DNA of 24,389 bases from Thermoplasmatota archaeon (GTDB lineage: Archaea > Thermoplasmatota > Penumbrarchaeia > Penumbrarchaeales > Penumbrarchaeaceae), in NCBI GenBank assembly GCA_029762535.1, contig JARVGK010000042.1, forward strand, positions 1-24,389. Reading direction: 5' to 3'. The notes beneath the pieces were generated by a model, which saw nothing but the letters and a program-made list of their open reading frames with translations, ran no database searches and was not told the DNA's origin. Position 1 is the stretch's first letter. Every line of letters begins with the position of its first letter. The position numbers and the translations under genes are program-made. This document shows, piece by piece, positions 1-9,700 of this stretch.

Positions 1-456
1 GCCAAAGATCGCGGAGACGGCTCCGACCATCCAGATATAGAGCGGGGGCTTGTTCGGCTGGAAGTCCCTGTACGGGAACTGGCCGTCCAGGAGCCTTCTT
101 CCCCTCTCCTCCAGCCTGAGTATGTCCTGGGACAGCGCCGGGTCCCTAACGAAAAATATGATGTGAAGGCCCAGTGCGGCGATGAAGATGATCAGGAAGG
201 CCCATCTCCCCTTGCTGTCCGTAAGCCTCTGGAGGATCCCCGACCTTATCGCCGTGTAGGAGAGGGCGATAAAGGAGGCATACCAGGCCCCGTGGATAAG
301 GTGATACGCCCTCCATGAATCACCGAAGGCGACCATCAGGAACAAGAACAGAAGATAGAACCCCGCCGAGATCGCGAAAGGAACGTATCCGGACCTTTCG
401 TGAGCGTGGACGCCTGATCTACGATCAACATCGGAGCCAGCTTCCCGATCGGGCAT
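1..456 (-). CDS. GT-C-fold membrane glycosyltransferase (PMT/ArnT/GT87-like), 3' end truncated by window edge
   Basis: Not in the ORF track because it is open at the edge. Manual translation from ATG 456 (in-frame TTG at 468 is an alternative): MPDREAGSD...FYLLFLFLMVAFG...WAFLIIFIAALGLHIIFFVRDPALSQDILRLEERGRRLLDGQFPYRDFQPNKPPLYIWMVGAVSAIFG. It has N-terminal TM helices and a G..PY.D...KPP loop typical of GT-C enzymes. Confidence 0.75.
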   Translation of the reverse strand, partial: MPDREAGSDVDRRSGVHAHERSGYVPFAISAGFYLLFLFLMVAFGDSWRAYHLIHGAWYASFIALSYTAIRSGILQRLTDSKGRWAFLIIFIAALGLHIIFFVRDPALSQDILRLEERGRRLLDGQFPYRDFQPNKPPLYIWMVGAVSAIFG

Positions 457-477
457 GTCCTTGGCCAATGGATATTT

Positions 478-553
478 CACTTATATCGGTTCCTATCGCT
501 ACGAACATCCGATGTGCACGAAGAGAAATGATAAAACCGCATATTTAATATAC
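478..553. promoter_or_regulatory. Divergent archaeal promoters (TATA boxes)
   Basis: Minus-strand GATATAAG at ~480-487 lies ~25 nt upstream of ATG 456. Plus-strand TTTAATATA at 544-552 with an A-rich upstream segment lies ~25 nt upstream of GTG 573. Confidence 0.55.
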
Positions 554-572
554 ATCATCCCTATGCAAAGGC

Positions 573-1013
573 GTGATCCGAAGGGGCGAGTTAACGGGGC
601 TCATTCTGGGGATGGCCCTTCTCATTACCTCATTGGCCGTGACGGCCTCCGTCGCGAACTTCAAGGAGATGTTCGAGCCAGAGCTCCAGATCTCCTTCGA
701 GGGCAGGTCGATCCCTATCCCCGATGATAACATAACCGTTCTCTCCGGCCATCACATCGAGGTCTTCTACCTCAACATCACCTCAGAGAACGAGAACGAG
801 GGCTTCGGGATATCCTACCCCCATTTCTTCGCCGTAACCCTCAACGGAACACCCCTATGGTGCCAGGGCCTGTACGAGGGGATCGATACCGCGGTCCCTC
901 CTGGAGGCAGCCTTCTCATGGACATATACTTCGAGGTCCCTGACGAGGAGGGCATCTCGTACATTGAATACGTTTTGCCCTCGGGCGAGAGGCTCATCAT
1001 CGATCTGAGCTGA
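573..1013 (+). CDS. Membrane-anchored/secreted DUF4352-like Ig-fold protein
   Basis: N-terminal hydrophobic helix (LTGLILGMALLITSLAVTA). The pattern YLNITSEN...ISYPHFFAVTLNG...VPPGGSLLMDIYFEVP...IEY resembles DUF4352. Confidence 0.6.
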   Translation: MIRRGELTGLILGMALLITSLAVTASVANFKEMFEPELQISFEGRSIPIPDDNITVLSGHHIEVFYLNITSENENEGFGISYPHFFAVTLNGTPLWCQGLYEGIDTAVPPGGSLLMDIYFEVPDEEGISYIEYVLPSGERLIIDLS

Positions 1014-1054
1014 TATCGACCTCCAAAACTGGCATTATGTCACGTTAGATCCGA

Positions 1055-2005
1055 TCATCGTTCTTTGGTGTCCTCTATGACCCTGGAGAACGAATCCACG
1101 ATCCTTCCCGGCCCCACGGTCATGAGCAGCATCTCCGCCATCAGGCCCGTGATCAGGATCGAGAAACCCCAAAGGGCCATCAGGACCGATGTCACCGCCA
1201 GCGGCCTCTCGAGCTCATGACCGGTCAAAGCCCAATCCAATATTATGTATGCCGCCTGCGCTATCGAGAGGAAAAATGGTATGATGGACAGCGTACCGAA
1301 GAGATGCATGGGGGACCTCCCGTGTCTGCTTATGAAAGAGATGGTGACGAGATCGAGAAGCCCCTTCTTCAGCCTCTCGATGCCGTACTTGCTTTTACCG
1401 AATCTTCTCCTCCTGTGCCTCACGACGATCTCGGAGACCCTGAACCCCCTCCATCTTGCGATCACCGGGAGATATCTGTGCATCTCGCCGTAAACGTCCA
1501 GATGCTCCATCACCTCCCTCCTGTAAGCCTTGAAGCCGCAGTTCGAATCATGCACCTTCACGCCGGATATCCGCATTATCAGATGATTGAATATTTTCGA
1601 AGGGATCCTCTTTCCGAGGGGATCGAGCCTGTTCTTCTTCCAACCGACGACCATGTCGCTGCCATCTTCCAGCCTCTTGAGGAACTTACCTATCTCTGCT
1701 GGATCGTCCTGAAGGTCGGCATCCAGCTGGATTATGGTCCTACCTCTGGCATGCCTATAACCTGCAGAAAGGGCGTTGGCCTTGCCGAAATTCCTCCAGA
1801 AGGTCACGATCCTCACCCTGGGATCGGACCTTTGCGCATCCTTCATCCTCATAAGTGTGGAATCGCGGCTCCCATCGTCGACGAATATCAGCTCGAAGGA
1901 CCTTCCCAGACGGTCCATCTGCTTCGCGATCGAAGCATGCAGCTCGGCGATGCTCTCTTCCTCGTTATACGCCGGAACGATGATGCTTATCTCAGGATCC
2001 CCCAA
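1055..2005 (-). CDS. GT2 polyprenol-phosphate glycosyltransferase (ArnC/GtrB/DPM1-like)
   Basis: ISIIVPAYNEEE, FVDDGSRDST, RNFGKANAL, DADLQDDP (DxD), DSNCGFKAYRR, GKSKYG, and two C-terminal TM helices. TTG start preceded by GGGGGG. Confidence 0.92.
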   Translation of the reverse strand: MGDPEISIIVPAYNEEESIAELHASIAKQMDRLGRSFELIFVDDGSRDSTLMRMKDAQRSDPRVRIVTFWRNFGKANALSAGYRHARGRTIIQLDADLQDDPAEIGKFLKRLEDGSDMVVGWKKNRLDPLGKRIPSKIFNHLIMRISGVKVHDSNCGFKAYRREVMEHLDVYGEMHRYLPVIARWRGFRVSEIVVRHRRRRFGKSKYGIERLKKGLLDLVTISFISRHGRSPMHLFGTLSIIPFFLSIAQAAYIILDWALTGHELERPLAVTSVLMALWGFSILITGLMAEMLLMTVGPGRIVDSFSRVIEDTKER

Positions 2006-2061
2006 GCCATGCCCCCCAAGCGGCGATCACTCCGCTATCGCCCTGATATTGAACTTGGCCT

Positions 2062-2075
2062 GGTATAAAAGCTTT
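2062..2075 (-). promoter_or_regulatory. TATA box for the GT2 gene
   Basis: Minus strand reads AAAAGCTTTTATACC (BRE-like purines plus TTTTATA) in the 70-bp gap. Confidence 0.5.
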
Positions 2076-3134
2076 TCATCGGCCGCTCTCCACGTTGATG
2101 GATCGCTTCCGAATTGTTTCGAACCTACGGAGCACGGCGAGGGATATCAGCCCAAGGGGGATGGTGAGCCATAGAGATGTTATCACGGCCACGAGCGATG
2201 CCGAGGCCCCTAACTTCGGATCACCCGTGAGAGTTTCAACCACCGATGCGCTCCCCAAAAGGTTCCCTGACCCTACGGGAAGGATGAAGCCCAGGATGTT
2301 CGCGATCGATGCAGCGGCGATGGCCCCCATCAGCCCTATATCGGCATCTCCAGGAAGGGCGAGCACCACAAGGTAGAGCCTGGCGGCCTCATTGAGCCAG
2401 ATGACAACATCAAGGACCAGTACGTGGATGAGGGTCGCCCTGTTCCTGAATAGCATCCTCAATGAAATGTGAAAATTACCAACGGAGGATTCGAAGCCGC
2501 CAATGAATCCCTTGAGCCTTTTTCCCGATCCCGATGAGGGAATGATGCGAGAGATGGATCTGAAGGCCCATCCGGCGAAACCTCTGCTCGTTATCATGGA
2601 GATGGTCAACGCGATCACTGCCCCTCCGACCACGACGAGGATCATGATCACCCTGAAGTCGGCCAAACCTATTCTGTGCATCAGATAGATGGACCCGATG
2701 ATGGCCAATATCAGTATCGTGAGGATGTCGAGAGCTTTCTCGGCGAAGATCGATGCGATCCCCACGGACAATCTTGTCCCGGTATGGGTTTTTAGCATAT
2801 ATGCTCTGACGGGCTCACCGCCGATCTTGCCTGGCGTGGAATTGTTCAGCCCCAATGAGGACAGGAAGATCGGGACGGCGATAGCGCCCGGCCGTCTTGC
2901 GCCCACACCGGAAAGTATCAGCATCCACCTGGTCGTCTTGGAGGCTGTGTTGATGGCCCAAAGGCACAAGACCGCTGCGATGACGGATAGGTCAACGCCC
3001 CTGATGCTTCTCAGGACCTGTTCCGGGTCCGCACGCTGGACCAGACCGAAGATGAGGACCAGGGCGAGCCCTATGTATAACGCGTCCTTCCAGTTCAGGT
3101 GTTTCCTCATCGATGGCCGCCTCCGATGCTTCAC
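2076..3134 (-). CDS. Flippase-like / lysylphosphatidylglycerol-synthase TM-domain protein (UPF0104 family)
   Basis: Polytopic membrane protein with RW..IL, NNSTPGKIGGEPVRAYML and SIFAEKALD motifs. The GTG start overlaps the upstream stop (GTGA at 3131-3134). ATG 3110 is an alternative start. Confidence 0.88.
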   Translation of the reverse strand: MKHRRRPSMRKHLNWKDALYIGLALVLIFGLVQRADPEQVLRSIRGVDLSVIAAVLCLWAINTASKTTRWMLILSGVGARRPGAIAVPIFLSSLGLNNSTPGKIGGEPVRAYMLKTHTGTRLSVGIASIFAEKALDILTILILAIIGSIYLMHRIGLADFRVIMILVVVGGAVIALTISMITSRGFAGWAFRSISRIIPSSGSGKRLKGFIGGFESSVGNFHISLRMLFRNRATLIHVLVLDVVIWLNEAARLYLVVLALPGDADIGLMGAIAAASIANILGFILPVGSGNLLGSASVVETLTGDPKLGASASLVAVITSLWLTIPLGLISLAVLRRFETIRKRSINVESGR

Positions 3135-4417
3135 AGAGGGCTTCCCATAGCCCAGTATCCAATTTTGCCGAGCCTTTTGGGGTCTATGGTCCGCCTTCCG
3201 TCGAATACGAAGAGGAGATGGCCCTTTTCACCGAATGGATAGTTCCTGTACACTGGCCATTCGGTCATCAATATTATCACCTCTGCCCAATCCACGGCCT
3301 CGTCCAGATCCTTGAATATCCTCATATCGCTCATCAGGGTAGCGAAGTTCGGCCCCGCCTGCGGGTCGTGCCCCCCCACGACACCCCCTCTGGTCGAAAG
3401 CTCTTTTGCCACTGGAAGGGACCGCGTTTCCCTAACATCGTCGGTATCAGGTTTGAAAGCAAGTCCGAGAATAAGGATGCGTTTATCACTGATGACGCCT
3501 AGCTTTTCCTCCATCACATCGACCAGATGGACGGGCTGGATATCGTTGTTGAGCATGACCGAATCCATAAGAGGGGTCTTCATACCCTTGTCGCTGGCGG
3601 CCCTTATCAATGCTGACACGTCCTTTGGGAAGCAGGACCCGCCGAACCCCGCCCCTGCCCTCAGGAATTGGGGGGATATCCTCGAGTCCATACCCACACC
3701 CTCCATCACGTCGTAGACGTCGATGCCCGTTACCTCGCATATACGCGAGATCTCGTTGGCGAAGGATATCTTGGTGGCCAGGAACGAGTTCGAGGCGTAC
3801 TTTATCATCTCCGCCGTGGTCGGATCGCATCTGAGCACCCTGGAATCCGTCGGTTCGAACAGTTCTTTGAGCGTTGTGAAGGTCGTATCGTCCAAACACC
3901 CTATGACAACCCTGTCGGGATGCAGGGCATCCTCCATGGCGGACCCCTCCCTCAGGAACTCGGGACACATGGCTATACTTGCCATTGTAGCCCCTGTATC
4001 CTTCAAAATCGGGAGGATGACACCCTCGGTCGTCCCTGGAAGCACTGTGGATTTCACTACGACGATATGGGGAACGCCCTTGCGGGCTATTGCCTCACCG
4101 GTGGACCTGGCCGCGGCCTTGATGTATGATGCGTCCATCCTTCCATCGCTGTCCATTGGGGTCCCTACCGCAAGGAAAGTGAGGTCGGACCCGTTTATCG
4201 CCTCTTGATAGTCCATAGTTGCCCTGACGGACCCTTTGCGGATATGGTCCGACAGTAGTCCATCGACGCCTGGCTCGTAAAAAGGCGCTCTGCCCTCTCT
4301 TATGGAAACTATCCTATCCTCCGAAACGTCGAGCAGGATCACCGAGCTCCCGGTATGGGCAAGGGCCAGTGCGGTCGTGAGTCCTACGTATCCCGAACCA
4401 ATGATGGATATCTTCAT
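3131..4417 (-). CDS. ugd: UDP-glucose/GDP-mannose 6-dehydrogenase (AglM/Ugd-like)
   Basis: GSGYVG Rossmann motif, AVGTP, KSTVLPGTT, PEFLREG, AEMIKYASNSFLATKISFANE, catalytic GFGGSCFPKD, LGLAFKPDTDDVRE. SD AGGAGGG upstream. Confidence 0.95.
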   Translation of the reverse strand: MKISIIGSGYVGLTTALALAHTGSSVILLDVSEDRIVSIREGRAPFYEPGVDGLLSDHIRKGSVRATMDYQEAINGSDLTFLAVGTPMDSDGRMDASYIKAAARSTGEAIARKGVPHIVVVKSTVLPGTTEGVILPILKDTGATMASIAMCPEFLREGSAMEDALHPDRVVIGCLDDTTFTTLKELFEPTDSRVLRCDPTTAEMIKYASNSFLATKISFANEISRICEVTGIDVYDVMEGVGMDSRISPQFLRAGAGFGGSCFPKDVSALIRAASDKGMKTPLMDSVMLNNDIQPVHLVDVMEEKLGVISDKRILILGLAFKPDTDDVRETRSLPVAKELSTRGGVVGGHDPQAGPNFATLMSDMRIFKDLDEAVDWAEVIILMTEWPVYRNYPFGEKGHLLFVFDGRRTIDPKRLGKIGYWAMGSPL

Positions 4418-4471
4418 CTGTATCCCTCCTCAGACCCTATATTGTGATCGTATAAGAACACCGCCCCGCCC

Positions 4472-5320
4472 TCATGACCTCCATAAGGCGATGGACGCGT
4501 AACCGACCGCGCTCTGGGCCGGACTGATGTCATAGCTGGTGTAATAGGTCAGAAGCTTCGTCCGGTTCGCTTTCATCTGGGACAGGGCCGTGACCATTGC
4601 GGTTACCGGACCCAATCCACAGGCGGTCTCCCTGAGGCGGTCCCTCTCACGGTACGCTCCCTGCACGTCCATCTTCAGCAGCCTGTCTATCACCGGAACA
4701 TCAAGATCTCTGGCATATTCACCCGCATTCTTACCTTTTGGGACGGGAAGGCCGTAGTTCCATCCGCAATGTGTGAAGTCCGACGATGCCACGATGCAGA
4801 CCCTGCGCTTGTATCCGGTTAGCGCGGAAGCGATCGCCTCGCCCAGGGATCGCACGCTATCCGAACGCTGGTCCAGCATCGATATGCACAGCTGCTTGAC
4901 GGAGGGGTCCAGATACTGGACGAATGGTAGCTGGACCTCCATGGAATGTTCCATCACATGTGAGTTCTCATCAGCGCCTACGTCAAGGAGCGATGCCAGG
5001 TCCCTGTCGCATCTCATGACCCCTAAAGGGGTTCTCCAATCCTCGTTGGAGAGTCCTATCCCCGAACCCAGACCGCTGTGGTTCGGCCCTATCACCAGGA
5101 CCGTATCCGGCATCCCTCCCCGCTCCATGGCCCGAAATCCGCAGGCCGCGGCCCGGCCCGAATAATAATAGCCCGCATGGGGGGATACCAAACCCATGAT
5201 CGCCGGGCCGCCCTCGGGAAGCGATCCGATGCTGACCGAGTCGAACAATGCCTTGAGCTCCGAACGAAGCTTTTTCTCAACGGCCGGATAGAACGATCCG
5301 GCGACCGCCGGTTCCCTCAT
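4472..5320 (-). CDS. MEMO1-family protein (AmmeMemoRadiSam protein B-like)
   Basis: MREPAVAGSFYP, PHAGYYYSG, IGPNHSGLG, EHSMEVQLPF, ASSDFTH, ACGLGP, VGYASI. ATG 5320 is preferred over TTG 5335 because of a TATA-like AATTATAC ~27 nt upstream. Position downstream of rps2 is conserved in archaea. Confidence 0.93.
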   Translation of the reverse strand: MREPAVAGSFYPAVEKKLRSELKALFDSVSIGSLPEGGPAIMGLVSPHAGYYYSGRAAACGFRAMERGGMPDTVLVIGPNHSGLGSGIGLSNEDWRTPLGVMRCDRDLASLLDVGADENSHVMEHSMEVQLPFVQYLDPSVKQLCISMLDQRSDSVRSLGEAIASALTGYKRRVCIVASSDFTHCGWNYGLPVPKGKNAGEYARDLDVPVIDRLLKMDVQGAYRERDRLRETACGLGPVTAMVTALSQMKANRTKLLTYYTSYDISPAQSAVGYASIALWRS

Positions 5321-5362
5321 GGGGGGTAAATCCAACCCGGGCCGTATAATTGTTTCTATCGA

Positions 5363-5992
5363 TCACAACGTGGCTTCGAAATCCTTTATCTCTGCCTTGA
5401 AATCGTCATCGCCTGTGATGTCCCCTCTGAGCTTGAGGACCTCCCGGGCCAGGAGCCAATATGCAACGGCAAGGGACCTCCGGCCTTTGTTGTTGACGGG
5501 GATCGCCAAATCCACGTATTTGGTCTCGTTGTTCGCATCGCAGAGGCCGATTATCGGGATCCTCGAGTTGATCGCTTCTTTGAGCGCCTGCTGATCAGCG
5601 GCCGGGTCCGTCACTATCAGTATCTTCGGCTCTATGTATACGTCGAGAGCGGGATTGGTCAACGTCCCGGGAACGAACCTACCCGGGAAAGAGTGGCAGC
5701 CGATGAGGTTGGAGAACTGCCTGACAGGCCTCTGGCCATACTGCCTGGCGGAAACGACCAGTACCTCCTCCGGCTTGAACCTCGATATCATCTGAGCGGC
5801 GGTGCGCAGCCTCTCGTCGGTCTTCTTGATATCGAGCACGTACAGGCCATCGGACCTTACCTTGAATATGAACTTCTTCATGTCGGCGCTCTTCTGCTGG
5901 GTGCCTATATGGACGCCGGACGTCAGATAAGTGTCCTCGTCTATCAACAGTTCGGAGGCCTTCTGTTCTTCGGTCATTTTCTCATTCTCCAC
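5363..5992 (-). CDS. rps2: 30S ribosomal protein uS2 (archaeal)
   Basis: YLTSGVHIGTQQKSADM, RSDGLYVLD, GRFVPGTLTNP, TDPAADQQALKEA, IPVNNKGRRSLA. The start may be ATG 5977 instead of GTG 5992. Confidence 0.98.
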   Translation of the reverse strand: MENEKMTEEQKASELLIDEDTYLTSGVHIGTQQKSADMKKFIFKVRSDGLYVLDIKKTDERLRTAAQMISRFKPEEVLVVSARQYGQRPVRQFSNLIGCHSFPGRFVPGTLTNPALDVYIEPKILIVTDPAADQQALKEAINSRIPIIGLCDANNETKYVDLAIPVNNKGRRSLAVAYWLLAREVLKLRGDITGDDDFKAEIKDFEATL

Positions 5993-6090
5993 CGTTCAAA
6001 TGGATCTATCGCACCATGCATAGGGGGGCTCCCTCTTATCAGGAAGGAATTACGGTCCCACGGGCGCGGTGAATGGTGTAAACAGGATTT

Positions 6091-6170
6091 GCATATAAAC
6101 CTTATGCATTTGTCTGAGGGTGGTAATGAGAGAGGCTCCCTTCCCTTGGGATGTGGAACATTTAATATAC
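6091..6170. promoter_or_regulatory. Divergent promoters for rps2 and the Zn-finger gene
   Basis: Minus-strand GTTTATATGC at 6091-6100. Plus-strand TTTAATATAC at 6161-6170, ~25 nt before ATG 6192. Confidence 0.6.
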
Positions 6171-6191
6171 ATCCCTCCTTGTGGTCGCAAC

Positions 6192-6797
6192 ATGGCCGAG
6201 GGCGAAGTCATCGTGGTCTTCTGCGAGGTATGCGGCACTGAGACCCCACACAAGGTGATCCACGCCGGGTTCGGTCCCGATCCGAATGCGGGCTTTTCCG
6301 GAAAGGTCCAATGCAGGAAATGCACGACCATTCACCACACCGAGGTCCCATCCGAGAAGAACGTCTCCATACCATTGGTCCTTTCCGATGGCGATACATC
6401 CAGCTCGCAGCGCCTGGTCCTGGGTTACCTGGAAGAGATATCTTTGGGTGAGGAGCTTATATTCGAGGGCCATAATATCCTCATCACAGCGATACTCAAG
6501 GACGATAGAAAGATCAACAGGGCAAAGGCGGGTGATATCTCGATCCTCCATGCGAAGGTCTTCGACACCCTTGTCGTTAAGATATCGATATCCTCGGGCT
6601 CGAGGACCCGCGCGGATTCGCTAAGGGTCCCCCCTGATGAGGAGTTCGAGGTCGGGGACCTCCTTGACCTCAATAGAGGAAAGGTCGTCGTCAGCTCGAT
6701 CCTGAGCGATATCAAAGTTAGACGGGAAGGGTTGCCCGTCCCTGCAAGATATATAAAGCGCATCTACGCCAAACCTGTCAGGGAGCGCTCATACTGA
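6192..6797 (+). CDS. HVO_0476-family archaeal zinc-finger protein
   Basis: CEVC..ETPH and CRKC...H Zn ligands, then KAGDI..L.A, VVKISISSG, EEFEVGD and ARYIKRIYA. The start is reassigned from 6120 to ATG 6192 using the TATA position. Confidence 0.85.
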   Translation: MAEGEVIVVFCEVCGTETPHKVIHAGFGPDPNAGFSGKVQCRKCTTIHHTEVPSEKNVSIPLVLSDGDTSSSQRLVLGYLEEISLGEELIFEGHNILITAILKDDRKINRAKAGDISILHAKVFDTLVVKISISSGSRTRADSLRVPPDEEFEVGDLLDLNRGKVVVSSILSDIKVRREGLPVPARYIKRIYAKPVRERSY

Positions 6798-9700
6798 TCC
6801 GGGTGGAAGCTGCGGATGGTTCGGCTGAGGCGGCATCTGCTGCTGATAATATGCCGTATTATACATCATTGGTGGCATCATGATAGACGGCTGTGGCGGC
6901 TGCCTTCTGGATTCCCAGACGACCAGCGCACCACTGATCAGTACCAGGACCATACCTACGATGAACAAGGCCAGCATTACGACCGGGAATCTCTCCTCCC
7001 GAAGGGACGCCCCGGGATATGACGCGGGATCGAGCGGGTCGGTCCCCGCAAGGTATTCCTGCAGGTTCGTGTAACCATCACCGTCCGGATCCCTCTTGGC
7101 GTCAAGAGGATCGAACGGATCGAAACCGTATAACAGCTCCCAAGCATCGTTCATGCCGTCTCCGTCAGAATCTTTTTTCGCCGGGTCCTCGAGGGTATGG
7201 TCGTTCACGTTGAGCGTGAACACCCTCTTCTCGGTGTGCACGCCGTCCTTTACGGTCAGGGTTATCATGTGCTCACCTGGGGAGAGGGTCGTTGACATCA
7301 TAGGGGTCGATCCAATGACCCCTATGATGCTCGACGTCCATGTAACGGTCAGTTCCTCGTTGCCGTCCGGATCCACTATGTAGGCATTGAACACGATCGT
7401 CTCGTTGTCGAGGAAGCTTGATCCCGCAACGGGCGAAATGATCTGGATCTCAGGAGCCATGTCCATTCTCAACCTATAAACGGTCGTGCTGTTGCGACCT
7501 ACCTTATCGTAAGCATCGATGACGAGAAGGTTCACCGCTCCTTCGCTCCAGGTCTTTCTGATCAAATACTGGTATTCTTCATATCCGAGCGAGTTGTTGA
7601 AAGGGTCCGAATCCAGAGGAAGGTCCGATGAGAACGTTGATCCGTTATCGGTCGAATACCTGTAGGTGACCTTCATCGGGTCTATGCCGGACCCGAGATG
7701 GTCATGGACCGAGATCTTTATCGGAGCTGAGGGGTCACGTATCCACTCGGTACTGACCCCATCCTCTTCGAGGAGGAGGTCCATAATGGAAATGGAAGGT
7801 GCCCTGGTATCGACGAATATCCTGAACTGGTCCGACCTGGTCTCCTTGGATGCGGCCAGATCGTTCCCCTTGAGCTCTACGAGGTTGTCCCTTCCTTCCA
7901 TCAGGACCGGCTCGAGGTTTACCACCTGTTCGGGAACGCCTTGGCCGTAGTAATTGCAGCTCTGCCATTGGGACCATATGAAACCGTTGTCCCTTGACCA
8001 ACGATAGAAGAGGGTGAAACCGTCTATCCCCGATAGCTCATCGTATACCCTCACTTTCATCTTTGGCCTGTTGTCCTTTATCCAAACCTCGGAGTATGGT
8101 TCGATCAGATCATATTTCGGACCCGTGTGATCGATTATAAGGTCGGTATAGGACCTGGGTCCGAAGTTACCTACGTTGTCGAAGGCCCTTACAGAGATAT
8201 TGACGATACCTTCCGGGATCTCCTCACCCACCCGGCTTCCCAGCTCGTAGGGGCCGCTGAGCACATCCCTCGCTATCTTGAAGGGTCCGTTGGAGGCTTC
8301 CAAGCGATACCCTGCGACCCCTGATTCAGCATCCTCGGCCTGGGACCAGTTGACGAACACTTTGTAGTCGTTATCGATATTGATCGGCTCGTCCTCCAAA
8401 GAGTCCGGATGGATCAGTATCCTGCCGACATATGAAGGGGGATTGGTGTCAACCTTCAGCTGGAATTCTATCGGGTCCGATAGTATGTTCTCCTGGGGAA
8501 CGTTGGTCATCCGAACCTCGAACCTCATGGTGGAGGTGATGCTCTGCGCCACCCAGTTCGTCTGAAGTGATTTACCCTGCTGTATGTATTCCCTCTTCGA
8601 AGTGCCGAAATTATCGATGATATCTATAGTGACGATACCGGGTCTGGGCTGGATGTTGGACCTTTCGTAATAGACCTTCAGATTGTAGAAAACGAGCCTG
8701 GCGCCCCCTCCAACGTATCCGTCATAATCGATCCTCTTGCCGTTATCCAATTTTATCAATACCTTGTCGTCGTTCCACTCCAGGTCGTTCTCGACCCGGT
8801 AGGCCTGGTCGGGCGTGTGGTATCCGGGGATCGCCGATCTCCCGGTCGAATAGAATGTGAAATTCCTCTCCGATTCCGAGGGATATTCCAGCATGAAATC
8901 CATCGCGAAGGTCACCTGCATGGCGGCGGAGTTCTGAACCTCGTGCGCGGACAGGGATTCGACCAATCTCGCCCATTGGAAACCGGATGTCTGTATGAAG
9001 GTGCCGTTCCCGGGGAAATAATTGACCCTTATACTCTCGTGGTCCGGAGATAGGGTCATCGATACCATGAAGATGGACTCCCACGACTGGGAATGCCATA
9101 CATCCACCGTGAAGAGGTAATCCTTGGAGCCCGCGTATACATCGTTCCCGCTCAGACCGTCCCCGTTCGTCAATCTTCCGTTCTCCAGAGTGACCTCGTC
9201 CTTGTGGAACATTATGGCGAAAGGAAGTGGAAACTGATCCGAACTACGATAGGAGAGAGATAAATATTCGACCCCTGTAGTGTCATCCGGTTTCTCGATC
9301 CCTATCAAAGCATAGGAGCCAGCGGGGTAACTGCCAGGGACCGATAGGTACTGGTATTTTATTGCGCCGTTGCGATGGAGCATCGCCTGGAACTTGCCGC
9401 CCTGTGTGGGGTTCCACTCGACTATGAAGACGTCCTCGCCGTCGATCTGGGTCGTGAGATGGAACAACCTGCCCTTGTTATTGTCCTGGCATGACACCAT
9501 ATAAGTGTAAGAGTAGTAAACGGCCAGAATGCCCCTTGGTGCTTGGGAGTTGGGTATCGTGGAATGATAATATGCCCTCTGATAGTTCGCGTTATTGTTG
9601 TCAACGAAGGACATGGCCCCATGGCCGCTTATATGCACCCTGTCGTATGTGCCCCCGTAGTAGGGGAAATCGAAGGGCAGCATCACGGTGCTCAATGAGC

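Noticed and set aside
1217-2068. 283-aa antisense ORF over the GT2 gene (and the many similar antisense ORFs in the track)
   Set aside because: Antisense shadows of well-supported genes in a GC-rich genome, with no family motifs or promoters.
5993-6191. Possible tRNA or small rpoK gene upstream of rps2
   Set aside because: No cloverleaf/TTCGA arm and no RpoK ARIIGARALQ-like motif seen in this gap.
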